Source: a virus
Taxonomy: Duplodnaviria; Heunggongvirae; Uroviricota; Caudoviricetes
Length of the DNA: 44,707 bases
Reading direction: 5' to 3' (one strand)
Virus record (IMG/VR): IMGVR_UViG_3300010965_000004
Coordinates: 1 to 44,707 of that record
The notes beneath the pieces were generated by a model. That model was not told the origin of the DNA and ran no database searches. It saw nothing but the letters and a program-made list of their open reading frames with translations. The position numbers and the translations under genes are program-made. Below are positions 9,089 to 16,240 of this stretch, piece after piece (positions within the stretch are counted from its first letter, which is position 1; each line of letters begins with the position of its first letter).

Positions 9089-9637
9089 CTATTTTGTTCT
9101 GTTTCTGTAATTTTCTTGGTCCAAGAGGATAGCTTTTTCTACCATTGGCCCCATAGTATTTATCTTTGATAAGTAGTTAACTACCCCAGGGGTCATAGCT
9201 GGTCTCTTATCAGGCAATTGACTACGAGACACTAAAGTTCCTATAGCATCGTCTATATTTTTACTAGTATTAAGATCAAACTTGTGTTGTCTTTTCTGCC
9301 AATAAGCTTCTATACCACCACTAGACACAGCTCCTAACATAGCCCCTATTTTTAAAGATAAGGGGTTAATTTTACCACCAGTAGCTAAGGTAGGAAGAGT
9401 AGTTGCTAAACCTGCAAAGACTCCTGCTCCTGCTCCCTTTAAAGAACTAAGCCCAACAGCGGTCCAATTAAAAGTAGGTTCCTGTTTTAAGGACTCACTA
9501 AACTTTGTTATGAAAGCTACTTTCTTATCTAAAGGTAAATCCTTGAATAACTGGTTGTCCAGAATTCCTTGGATATTCTTACCTCTTAACTTGTAGTCAT
9601 CAATAAGGCGCTGGACTAAGGTTTCTTCTAAAGTCAT
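9089..9637 (-). CDS. Hypothetical protein with Gly-rich hydrophobic segments
   Basis: GAGAGVFAGLA and GAMLGAVSSGG segments. Confidence 0.7.
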   Translation of the reverse strand: MTLEETLVQRLIDDYKLRGKNIQGILDNQLFKDLPLDKKVAFITKFSESLKQEPTFNWTAVGLSSLKGAGAGVFAGLATTLPTLATGGKINPLSLKIGAMLGAVSSGGIEAYWQKRQHKFDLNTSKNIDDAIGTLVSRSQLPDKRPAMTPGVVNYLSKINTMGPMVEKAILLDQENYRNRTK

Positions 9638-10524
9638 ATCGTGTCTATACTTCCATCGGCGTAGCCGTTATATCTAGCTGATCTTATCTGACTAGCGGTT
9701 GGGGTCATGCAAATTATTTGAACTAGCTTACCGATTTTAGTCTTTTTGTTTTTCCAAAAGTCTTGTCTATCTTCATAGGTAAATCCAGTACCAACTTTTC
9801 CTACATTTCTTCCTGACCCGTCTTCTAATGCTAAAGCCCCCATTGAATCTTTAGGGTTTCCATTTTTATCAAACTCTTGTAGTACATCAGCTATTTTAAG
9901 ATTATACGTTTGTAAATGTTTAATCTTGATTCTATAATTTTCTGATTCTGGTTTGGTAAGGCTAGTAACTACAACACCTTCCCTTCCTTGTAGTTTAGTT
10001 TCCTCAAGGAGTTTGTTTATAGCATCTTTATTCTGTACAAAAGTAGGGGTAAACAGAAGGTTGGAATCTCCAAAAGCTTGCTCTACCATTCTTAAATGTT
10101 CTATTTTTTCGGCATAAGTATTAAGAGCAGGAGTCTTAACATCTATTAGTACTCCACGTATGGGCCCAGTTAATTTTTGAGTAGATAAGGCTTTAGGGGG
10201 CAAAGAATTTAGTATTCCAGAAAGTGCTGGGTGAGATTCAAATGCATCTTCCCCCGTATTATGACCAGTATGTATCAATTCCAAGCTATAAACATTATTT
10301 GCTAATTGTGGAATCTTTTTAACCAAATGAGGAAGTTTAATTGTTCTGTCGGGATAGGTTCCTGTCACGGATTCACGTCTAGATACGTAAGAAGGATTAC
10401 CTTCAGAATCAAAGGATAAAACGAAATGTGCACCATCTTTTTTGACGCTAGCCACAGGATTTTCTACTCCGTCAAATGAGGGTAACTCTTTATATTTAGC
10501 TCGTTCATAAGTTGACATGTCCAT
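9634..10524 (-). CDS. lig: ATP-dependent DNA ligase (minimal)
   Basis: Motif I KxDG (VKKDGAHF), EGVVV, KIK, and OB-fold GKVGTGFT. Confidence 0.88.
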   Translation of the reverse strand: MDMSTYERAKYKELPSFDGVENPVASVKKDGAHFVLSFDSEGNPSYVSRRESVTGTYPDRTIKLPHLVKKIPQLANNVYSLELIHTGHNTGEDAFESHPALSGILNSLPPKALSTQKLTGPIRGVLIDVKTPALNTYAEKIEHLRMVEQAFGDSNLLFTPTFVQNKDAINKLLEETKLQGREGVVVTSLTKPESENYRIKIKHLQTYNLKIADVLQEFDKNGNPKDSMGALALEDGSGRNVGKVGTGFTYEDRQDFWKNKKTKIGKLVQIICMTPTASQIRSARYNGYADGSIDTI

Positions 10525-11135
10525 TATAATAACTCTTCCATAAATTTATTGTTCTTAGATAAATTTTCACTAGTAGGTATTATACGTAAGTTTGTTTCAA
10601 CATGCAATCCAGTAACAGTTTTTCCTTTTAAAGGAATTATATGATCTACTTGATGGGGTACGCCAGTCATTTCTGATATTAATTTACAGTCAATATATAT
10701 TTGTTTTATAACTTCTAAATTAGCCCAAGAAGGAGTTGCACTTTTTTTAATAGATCTCCTTTTAGCACTAACTGCAGCTTGTAGAGGTAGGAAGGTCTCT
10801 CTATTTCTTTCTCGGTATTGTCGAACATACTCCGCTCCTTGTCCTGGCTTACTTCTTAAGTATTCTCTGTTTTTTTTATTTATTATTTCAGAATTTTCTT
10901 TCCTATGCTTTCTGCGGGAAAGTAGTAACTTTTCCTTGTTAGCTTTTTTATACTCTTTTCTTTTCTCTAAGCATATATTCCTGTTTTTAGTATAGTAGTT
11001 ATGAGTTCTGATTTTGTCACAGACTTTACATTTTTGGTCTAACCCAAATAAGCCTTTAGCTTGCTTATGGAATCCAGAAAATTCTTTTTCTGTTCCACAT
11101 TTACTACAAACTTTAGTCTTAACTTCTTTAGTCAT
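10524..11135 (-). mobile_element. Free-standing HNH endonuclease (paralog 2)
   Basis: CSKC...CKVC plus HQVDHIIPLKGKTVTGLHVETNL. Confidence 0.85.
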
Positions 11136-12585
11136 CTTTTAGAAGCTTCTTCATTTGTACATCCAAATCATCTTTGGTTTTGCTGTTATGATAAAGGTAA
11201 GAATCTATACTATGTTGTTTAGGACCAAAAGTAAACTTCTTCTTAGGGAAAACAGAATGGTAGTGCTCCACATTAACCTGTCTTTCTAATTCAGGTAAAT
11301 GTTCATGACTCTTATATCTTACCCCTCTACTTATAACTTGATGCACTTTAGCTCTATTATAATGAGGTTCTAATACTTGAACTAATTTTGTTCCCTTTAG
11401 GTTAAGACCTTCCCCCCCCGCAGAGGAGATTAGTAATACCTTGTTTTTGCCCTCATTATAATCATTTACTAATTCATCCTTTTGAGTCTTTGATAATTTT
11501 CCATTATATACAGCATGGCTAATTCCAGCTTTTCCCAACTCTTTAGAGTAATCATCTAACCCTGCTTGAAGGAAATTAGAATAAACTAACCCTCTAAAAT
11601 TTTTATCTTGATTATGGGCGTTTATTAAGTTACCAACTGCCGTTTGTATCTTTGGAGTAACATGTTCATGTTTTGGCATGAAAGGATGTACTGAATTAGA
11701 AGCCATTCTAATACCACTACTAAAGGCATTTAAATTAGCACTTTCTTTTTTGTCAAGAGGTAAATTATTTCTAACTTTCAATCGCAACAAAAACGGCAAT
11801 CTATTTTCTAAGTACTTATACATTGTCTGTTGTTCTGGGCTCATTTCTACTTCTATGATTTTTTCTGTCTTAGTAGGAAATTCCTTTGCATCTTTTGGGT
11901 GATCTTGTACATCATAATGATCTACAAAAGTATTAAGTCGGTTAGCTAAGTCTTTTTTATTTTTTAGTATGTGGGTTTCTTTTGGAGGAGAACCTAGTAT
12001 TCTTTTAAGAAAAGGGGGTTGCTCTACTAGTTTTGAAACATACGCATTTTCGAAAGCCTTCTTCCCAACTGGCAAAACGCCTTTTCCTCCTGCTGCTATA
12101 TTTATCAAAGGAGCAATATTAGAGACGTGATTATATCCAGTAGTGCCAGTAGATAGTAATCTTTGATCAGCGTGGGCAATAATACCATTGAGCTCTTTAT
12201 GACGTTGTGTGTTAGTTTCCCTAAATCGGTGAGCCTCATCCGCAACTGCTATTAAATACTTGTTTTTTCTCAGTTTGTCTGCATCAATAACTGCTTTTTC
12301 GTAACTACGTACATCAACTCTATTTAGATCTATATGTAGATTGTGTTTTTTAACTTCTTTGTCAATATTGGTTTGTAGGGAAGCTGGGGCAATTATTAGA
12401 GCCCTGCCTTTTTCATTTTTGTCTAAGGCTCGTTCAACTGCTTTCAGAAACGTAAGGGTTTTTCCTGAGCCTGTACTATGATCAAGAATTAGCCCATTTG
12501 TTTGTTCGAGTTTTTTTAAAGCTCGTTCCTGGTGAGGACGTAGCTTATCTTTAGACTCGGAGATTTTAACTAAGTACTTATTCAT
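11128..12585 (-). CDS. SNF2-like superfamily 2 helicase with N-terminal NKYLVKIS tag
   Basis: LRPHQ Q-motif, HSTGSGKT Walker A, DEAH, SAGGEGLNL, EPHYN...QVISRGVR. Confidence 0.9.
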   Translation of the reverse strand: MNKYLVKISESKDKLRPHQERALKKLEQTNGLILDHSTGSGKTLTFLKAVERALDKNEKGRALIIAPASLQTNIDKEVKKHNLHIDLNRVDVRSYEKAVIDADKLRKNKYLIAVADEAHRFRETNTQRHKELNGIIAHADQRLLSTGTTGYNHVSNIAPLINIAAGGKGVLPVGKKAFENAYVSKLVEQPPFLKRILGSPPKETHILKNKKDLANRLNTFVDHYDVQDHPKDAKEFPTKTEKIIEVEMSPEQQTMYKYLENRLPFLLRLKVRNNLPLDKKESANLNAFSSGIRMASNSVHPFMPKHEHVTPKIQTAVGNLINAHNQDKNFRGLVYSNFLQAGLDDYSKELGKAGISHAVYNGKLSKTQKDELVNDYNEGKNKVLLISSAGGEGLNLKGTKLVQVLEPHYNRAKVHQVISRGVRYKSHEHLPELERQVNVEHYHSVFPKKKFTFGPKQHSIDSYLYHNSKTKDDLDVQMKKLLKDD

Positions 12586-13348
12586 TCTTCAAGTCTTGGA
12601 TGGCCTTACCGAATTTAGAGGAGTGGTCTTTCTCTTCTTCTCTAGCGTGTTCTGTTGCCTTTTTGAGCTCAGGATTTTTGATCTCAGTTAGACGTTCGGT
12701 ATAGTCATTAATAGCTTTATCTTCTTCACCTTTCGACTTTGTTGCTATATCAAGGTCAGAAGCTATCTTCTTCAAATACTTGTTCTTAGACTTAGTCGAC
12801 TTAACTGGCTGTGGCTTATTCTTCGATAAACTAAGGTTTTTAGACGTGGCCTTTTTCTTTCTGCTTTTGCTAAAACTATTAGTTATATCAACCCCTGTTG
12901 CCAGATGTTGAAGATACTTATTTCCCTTTGAGGTTTTAGCGGCTTCTTTTTCCATAGTTTCGTTCTTTCCTAAATTCTTAAATAACCAGGTTTTCTTCCC
13001 AGCTATAACTGGCAAAGGTTTAAGTAGAAACCTTTCCCCTTTTGTTGTTTCCATAACAAAGTGCCCCTTATCATGGTTCTTTGTGAGAGTTGCTTTACGT
13101 ACAAAGTCTAGAGTTGTAGTCCCTGCACCGTAGTTTCCCTTTGGAATTACAATACGTTTACGCAAAGCATAGTCTGCGGTGTGTACAGAAGTCTCATAAA
13201 GCATAATAGCTTTGCCAGGGTCCGGTAACTCTTTCCTAGTAGCGAAGCTATGGGCTTTCCCTCCTGCAACTAAACGAATATCATAGTGTAAACCGGCACG
13301 GTCTGCGTCATGCGTCTGTCTAGTAAAGAGAATTTGGGAAGTCTTCAT
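12578..13348 (-). CDS. LigD 3'-phosphoesterase (PE) domain protein with basic C-terminal tail
   Basis: QTHDADRAGLHYDIRL and HTADY..GNYGAG match PE-domain motifs; tail contains NKYLQHLA and NKYLKKIAS. Confidence 0.8.
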   Translation of the reverse strand: MKTSQILFTRQTHDADRAGLHYDIRLVAGGKAHSFATRKELPDPGKAIMLYETSVHTADYALRKRIVIPKGNYGAGTTTLDFVRKATLTKNHDKGHFVMETTKGERFLLKPLPVIAGKKTWLFKNLGKNETMEKEAAKTSKGNKYLQHLATGVDITNSFSKSRKKKATSKNLSLSKNKPQPVKSTKSKNKYLKKIASDLDIATKSKGEEDKAINDYTERLTEIKNPELKKATEHAREEEKDHSSKFGKAIQDLKNE

Positions 13349-13354
13349 ATCTAG

Positions 13355-13364
13355 TATTTTACCA
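13355..13364 (-). promoter_or_regulatory. Candidate late promoter TGGTAAAATA
   Basis: Same motif at 44200 and variants at 21113 and 34500, each heading a minus-strand gene block. Confidence 0.55.
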
Positions 13365-13380
13365 CATAGCTTCTATTATT

Positions 13381-13389
13381 TGGTATAAG
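13381..13389 (+). promoter_or_regulatory. Extended -10 promoter (TGGTATAAG)
   Basis: Recurrent motif followed by the AGGAGCCAA RBS. Confidence 0.7.
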
Positions 13390-13438
13390 TAATATAGGAA
13401 GATGTTATGATTAACCAAAAGAAAGGAGCCAAGATGTA

Positions 13439-13669
13439 ATGCCTTTATTTCGACAGCTAATAGTCACGGCTAAATGTGACCATCCTGGATGTGGCGAGGA
13501 AGTGGACGCCATGACTTCACAATTTAAACTAGCAACGCTAGGATTGCTAGAAGCTGCATGGAACGTGATAGGCGATGGGCGATGTTTTTGCCCCAAACAT
13601 TCAAATACTAAGTCTAACCGAAATGTTCCAGGAGTTGAAAAAATCCTGGCTCGTTATGATCGTTGTTAA
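13439..13669 (+). CDS. Small Cys/His-rich (Zn-binding-like) protein
   Basis: CDHPGC ... CFCPKH. Confidence 0.6.
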   Translation: MPLFRQLIVTAKCDHPGCGEEVDAMTSQFKLATLGLLEAAWNVIGDGRCFCPKHSNTKSNRNVPGVEKILARYDRC

Positions 13670-13683
13670 CTGGGGAAAGAAAC

Positions 13684-13926
13684 ATGAATATTCACAAGAG
13701 AATTAAAGTCAGTATGATTGACGTTCAAAACATAGATAAGCAAACGGAAGTTGATGGGTTGTTTATCATGGAGGTCAAAGCTTGTGACCAGCACTCGGCT
13801 GGGGTAGTTATTTGTAGAGGCGTTGACAATAACCGCTTTCATGTGCCTAGTAGTGATTCAGTATTTTTGCAAAATGGAAAACTTTTTGAGGAAGAGGGAG
13901 TTTTTGTCCCCAGTAGAGTTTCTTAG
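13684..13926 (+). CDS. Hypothetical protein
   Basis: ATG with GGGGA SD preferred over TTG 13663; ends just before a terminator. Confidence 0.6.
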   Translation: MNIHKRIKVSMIDVQNIDKQTEVDGLFIMEVKACDQHSAGVVICRGVDNNRFHVPSSDSVFLQNGKLFEEEGVFVPSRVS

Positions 13927-13930
13927 TTTT

Positions 13931-13951
13931 AAGGGCCCTTGGCCCTTTTTT
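13931..13951 (+). terminator. Intrinsic terminator
   Basis: AAGGGCC-CTT-GGCCCTT followed by T run. Confidence 0.8.
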
Positions 13952-13963
13952 AGCTCACGAAAC

Positions 13964-13972
13964 TGGTATAAG
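13964..13972 (+). promoter_or_regulatory. Extended -10 promoter (TGGTATAAG)
   Basis: Recurrent motif followed by the AGGAGCCAA RBS. Confidence 0.7.
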
Positions 13973-14016
13973 GATAATAGAGGCAAATTGTCTTTAACAA
14001 CTTTAAAGGAGCCAAT

Positions 14017-14409
14017 ATGAGAAAATCCATTTTAACAATATACTTTGACCAGGATGAAGATAAACCTATGGCTTTAGTAGATGCTGAGGGAATGAAGTCT
14101 GAATACCCAACTATGGAGGTTAAGGTACAGAAAGTTGTGAGTATAGGGGATACCGACCACCATAATAGGATATTTACTTTCGAGATTAATAGGTCGTGTC
14201 TGTGGAAAATAACCGAAAGATGTAATTTCGCCACTCCCGCTTTGATAAATAGGTTAGCCGAGTATGGGATAAATTCCATAGATCAACTCAAAACTGTTAC
14301 AAAGGCAGATTTATTAGCTATGCCTAATTTGGGGAAAAAGGGGTTAGAAGATGCTAGACAACTGTTTGAAGAACTTGGTATTCCTCTACAGGAACATAGA
14401 ACTTTCTAA
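14017..14409 (+). CDS. Protein with C-terminal RNA polymerase alpha-subunit CTD-like (HhH) domain
   Basis: GINSIDQLKTVTKADLLAMPNLGKKGLEDARQLFEELGI resembles the alphaCTD segment [24 protein letters not shown]. Confidence 0.75.
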   Translation: MRKSILTIYFDQDEDKPMALVDAEGMKSEYPTMEVKVQKVVSIGDTDHHNRIFTFEINRSCLWKITERCNFATPALINRLAEYGINSIDQLKTVTKADLLAMPNLGKKGLEDARQLFEELGIPLQEHRTF

Positions 14410-14415
14410 CCAGGC

Positions 14416-14437
14416 AAGGGTCTTAGGACCCTTTTTT
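14416..14437 (+). terminator. Intrinsic terminator
   Basis: AAGGGTC-TTAG-GACCCTT plus T run. Confidence 0.85.
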
Positions 14438-14460
14438 AGTTTCAACGAATTCTTAATTTT

Positions 14461-14469
14461 TGGTATAAC
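14461..14469 (+). promoter_or_regulatory. Extended -10 promoter of the RT unit (TGGTATAAC)
   Basis: Recurrent motif directly after a terminator. Confidence 0.65.
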
Positions 14470-14541
14470 AGTTTTGAGATCATATTACGTGGTTGTAATA
14501 TAGGTCCATGCATTACTATAAAAATAAGAATGGAAATACAA

Positions 14542-14652
14542 ATGAGATTTTTTAACTTTTTAAAAGCAGCCGTTAGAGTCATCACCATAGTCCTACAAGT
14601 AGTTATCGCACTTCAAGCCGCAATGGAGGCTGCTCAAGGCGCTCAAGGTTAA
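14542..14652 (+). CDS. 36-aa hydrophobic peptide (absent from ORF track)
   Basis: MRFFNFLKAAVRVITIVLQVVIALQAAMEAAQGAQG*, GGA SD; alternative in-frame ATG at 14530. Confidence 0.5.
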   Translation: MRFFNFLKAAVRVITIVLQVVIALQAAMEAAQGAQG

Positions 14653-14680
14653 ATAACAACTAACAGAAAAAAGGTATGTT

Positions 14681-15127
14681 ATGTCAGTCAAGGTGGTACA
14701 CCCGAAGGAATCAAAGGGGGTATTAGAGCCGATGCTCAATACCTTTGCAGTAGCTAATGGAATATTGTACGATTATTACGCAATAAAGTTCGGGGAACGG
14801 AAAGGCCCCTATGTCGAACTTTTGAAACTTCCTCCGTTAATATCAGAGGGGTTTGTAACATTCGAACGTAAACTATACAAAGTACAATTAAGTGATTATA
14901 TCAGGAGAAGAGTAAATGTTACCAACCCTTATCGAGCCCCAGCAGCAGTCCCTTCCCCCAACGTCGATGTGGTCGAAACAATTCACGATACAAACAAACC
15001 AGCAGTTGTCCAAATTGCTAATGCTTCCCTCGACCAAGCTGTTGACTTGGCTTGGCAAGAGCAAATCGACGCACTACACTACCTTGACGATCCGGAAGAG
15101 GAATGGCTCCACCCGTTTACTCCATAA
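14681..15127 (+). CDS. Hypothetical RT-partner protein overlapping the RT 5' end by 212 nt
   Basis: 148-aa ORF with AAGGT SD, first long ORF of the RT transcription unit. Confidence 0.65.
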   Translation: MSVKVVHPKESKGVLEPMLNTFAVANGILYDYYAIKFGERKGPYVELLKLPPLISEGFVTFERKLYKVQLSDYIRRRVNVTNPYRAPAAVPSPNVDVVETIHDTNKPAVVQIANASLDQAVDLAWQEQIDALHYLDDPEEEWLHPFTP

Positions 15128-16019
15128 CCCTGATTCACTAATGAGGTTAGCTCAGTACCGCGTTCTGACAAAACTTTTCAACTTTTTGAATATCCCTAGT
15201 TATATCTATGCATTCGAAAAGAAGAAGTCCATACCTGCTATGGCAGCATTACACGTAAACAAAAAAGTAGTCATAAGTGTTGATATCAAAGACTTCTTTC
15301 ACAGCATCAAGCAAAACACTTTGGAAGCAAATTTCAGAGCTTTGGGTCTAGGAGAAAAACCCGCTAAAACTCTGTCTGAAATTTGTACCGTTAAATCGTT
15401 TGTACCGCAAGGGGCTTTGACTAGTCCCAAGATAGCTAATCTAATTACTGCTTTGACCTTTGGGCCCAAAATAAAAGAGTACTGTGATCAGCACAATCTG
15501 ATTGTTTCGATTTACGCGGATGATGTAACCATCTCTTCGGATGATCCTGAGATTAATGTCTCTGAGATTCTAAACTTCCTCAACACTTGTATTACGGAAT
15601 CAGGGTTTAGAATTAATAGAGAGAAAACCAAAGTAATGTGGAAGACTTCAAGACAGTACGTTTGTGGCGTTGTTGTTAATGCTAAAACTAATATGATGAA
15701 GAAGGAAAGATATAAGTTAAGAGCTATCGTTCATAACATTACAAAGAATGGTTTAGAAGTAGAAGCACAAAAGACTTCTTGCTTGCCAGATCAATTTGCC
15801 AGTCACATTAGAGGTAGACTGAATTGGTTGAAGCAATTGAATCCAGCACTAGGGGATAAGTATATACTGAAACTTAAAACTTATCTTGATAGGGTTAAGC
15901 AAGAAAAGACTGTAGAGCAAATGGCAGCATATACCTTGCTCGTTACAGAACCAACTGAAATTTTACCCCCCATTGAAAGCACGGCTCAAGTTCCTGAAAC
16001 TATTCAAGTACCTTGGTAA
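14916..16019 (+). CDS. Retron-type reverse transcriptase
   Basis: HY...IRKRNGSTRLLHNP, AALH (region X-like), DIKDFFHSI, PQGALTSP, YADD, EKTKV, VCGVVVN (VTG-like region Y); AGGAG SD 8 nt upstream. Confidence 0.9.
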   Translation: MLPTLIEPQQQSLPPTSMWSKQFTIQTNQQLSKLLMLPSTKLLTWLGKSKSTHYTTLTIRKRNGSTRLLHNPDSLMRLAQYRVLTKLFNFLNIPSYIYAFEKKKSIPAMAALHVNKKVVISVDIKDFFHSIKQNTLEANFRALGLGEKPAKTLSEICTVKSFVPQGALTSPKIANLITALTFGPKIKEYCDQHNLIVSIYADDVTISSDDPEINVSEILNFLNTCITESGFRINREKTKVMWKTSRQYVCGVVVNAKTNMMKKERYKLRAIVHNITKNGLEVEAQKTSCLPDQFASHIRGRLNWLKQLNPALGDKYILKLKTYLDRVKQEKTVEQMAAYTLLVTEPTEILPPIESTAQVPETIQVPW

Positions 16020-16023
16020 AAAT

Positions 16024-16032
16024 TGGTATAAG
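16024..16032 (+). promoter_or_regulatory. Extended -10 promoter (TGGTATAAG) driving a non-coding unit
   Basis: Recurrent motif 4 nt after the RT stop, with no long ORF downstream. Confidence 0.65.
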
Positions 16033-16038
16033 ATTAGT

Positions 16039-16240
16039 AGAAGGATATTAGGTTGTAAAGCAATTGTAATTGAAACAAAGAGCTGTTGTTACCTCACAGA
16101 ATAAAACCCAGCGGGTCGGGTTTCCATTTAAAAGGACAAAATAAATGGTTTATATAAAATTGACGTTGTTAGTGAGGATGTGTAACAAATCATTTTAACT
16201 TACATGGAAAGAGGCCTCCCGAAAGGGGGCTTCTTTTTTT
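16039..16240 (+). ncRNA. Candidate RT-associated (msr-msd-like) ncRNA
   Basis: Own promoter and terminator; long-range pairing TTGTTAC-CTCAC (16086-16097) with GTGAG-GTAACAA (16172-16188) encloses hairpins AAACCC/GGGTTT and CCATTTA/TAAATGG. Confidence 0.55.
16208..16240. terminator. Intrinsic terminator (probably bidirectional)
   Basis: GAGGCCTCCC-GAAA-GGGGGCTTC followed by T run, at a convergent junction. Confidence 0.8.

Noticed and set aside
14916-16019. DGR or group II intron RT
   Set aside because: Has QGALTSP/YADD/VCG retron-type motifs rather than DGR SQ motifs; no TR/VR pair, maturase domain or intron domain V was seen.
16052-16076. CRISPR-repeat-like word GTTGTAAAGCAATTGTAATTGAAAC (GTT start, ATTGAAAC end)
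   Set aside because: Single copy, no second repeat at spacer distance and no cas genes, so not an array. A solitary repeat unit cannot be supported without a host repeat match.
13349-16240. Evenly spaced repeat array associated with the RT
   Set aside because: Scanning by eye found only promoter, RBS and terminator motifs at irregular spacing; a self dot-plot would be needed to exclude degenerate repeats.
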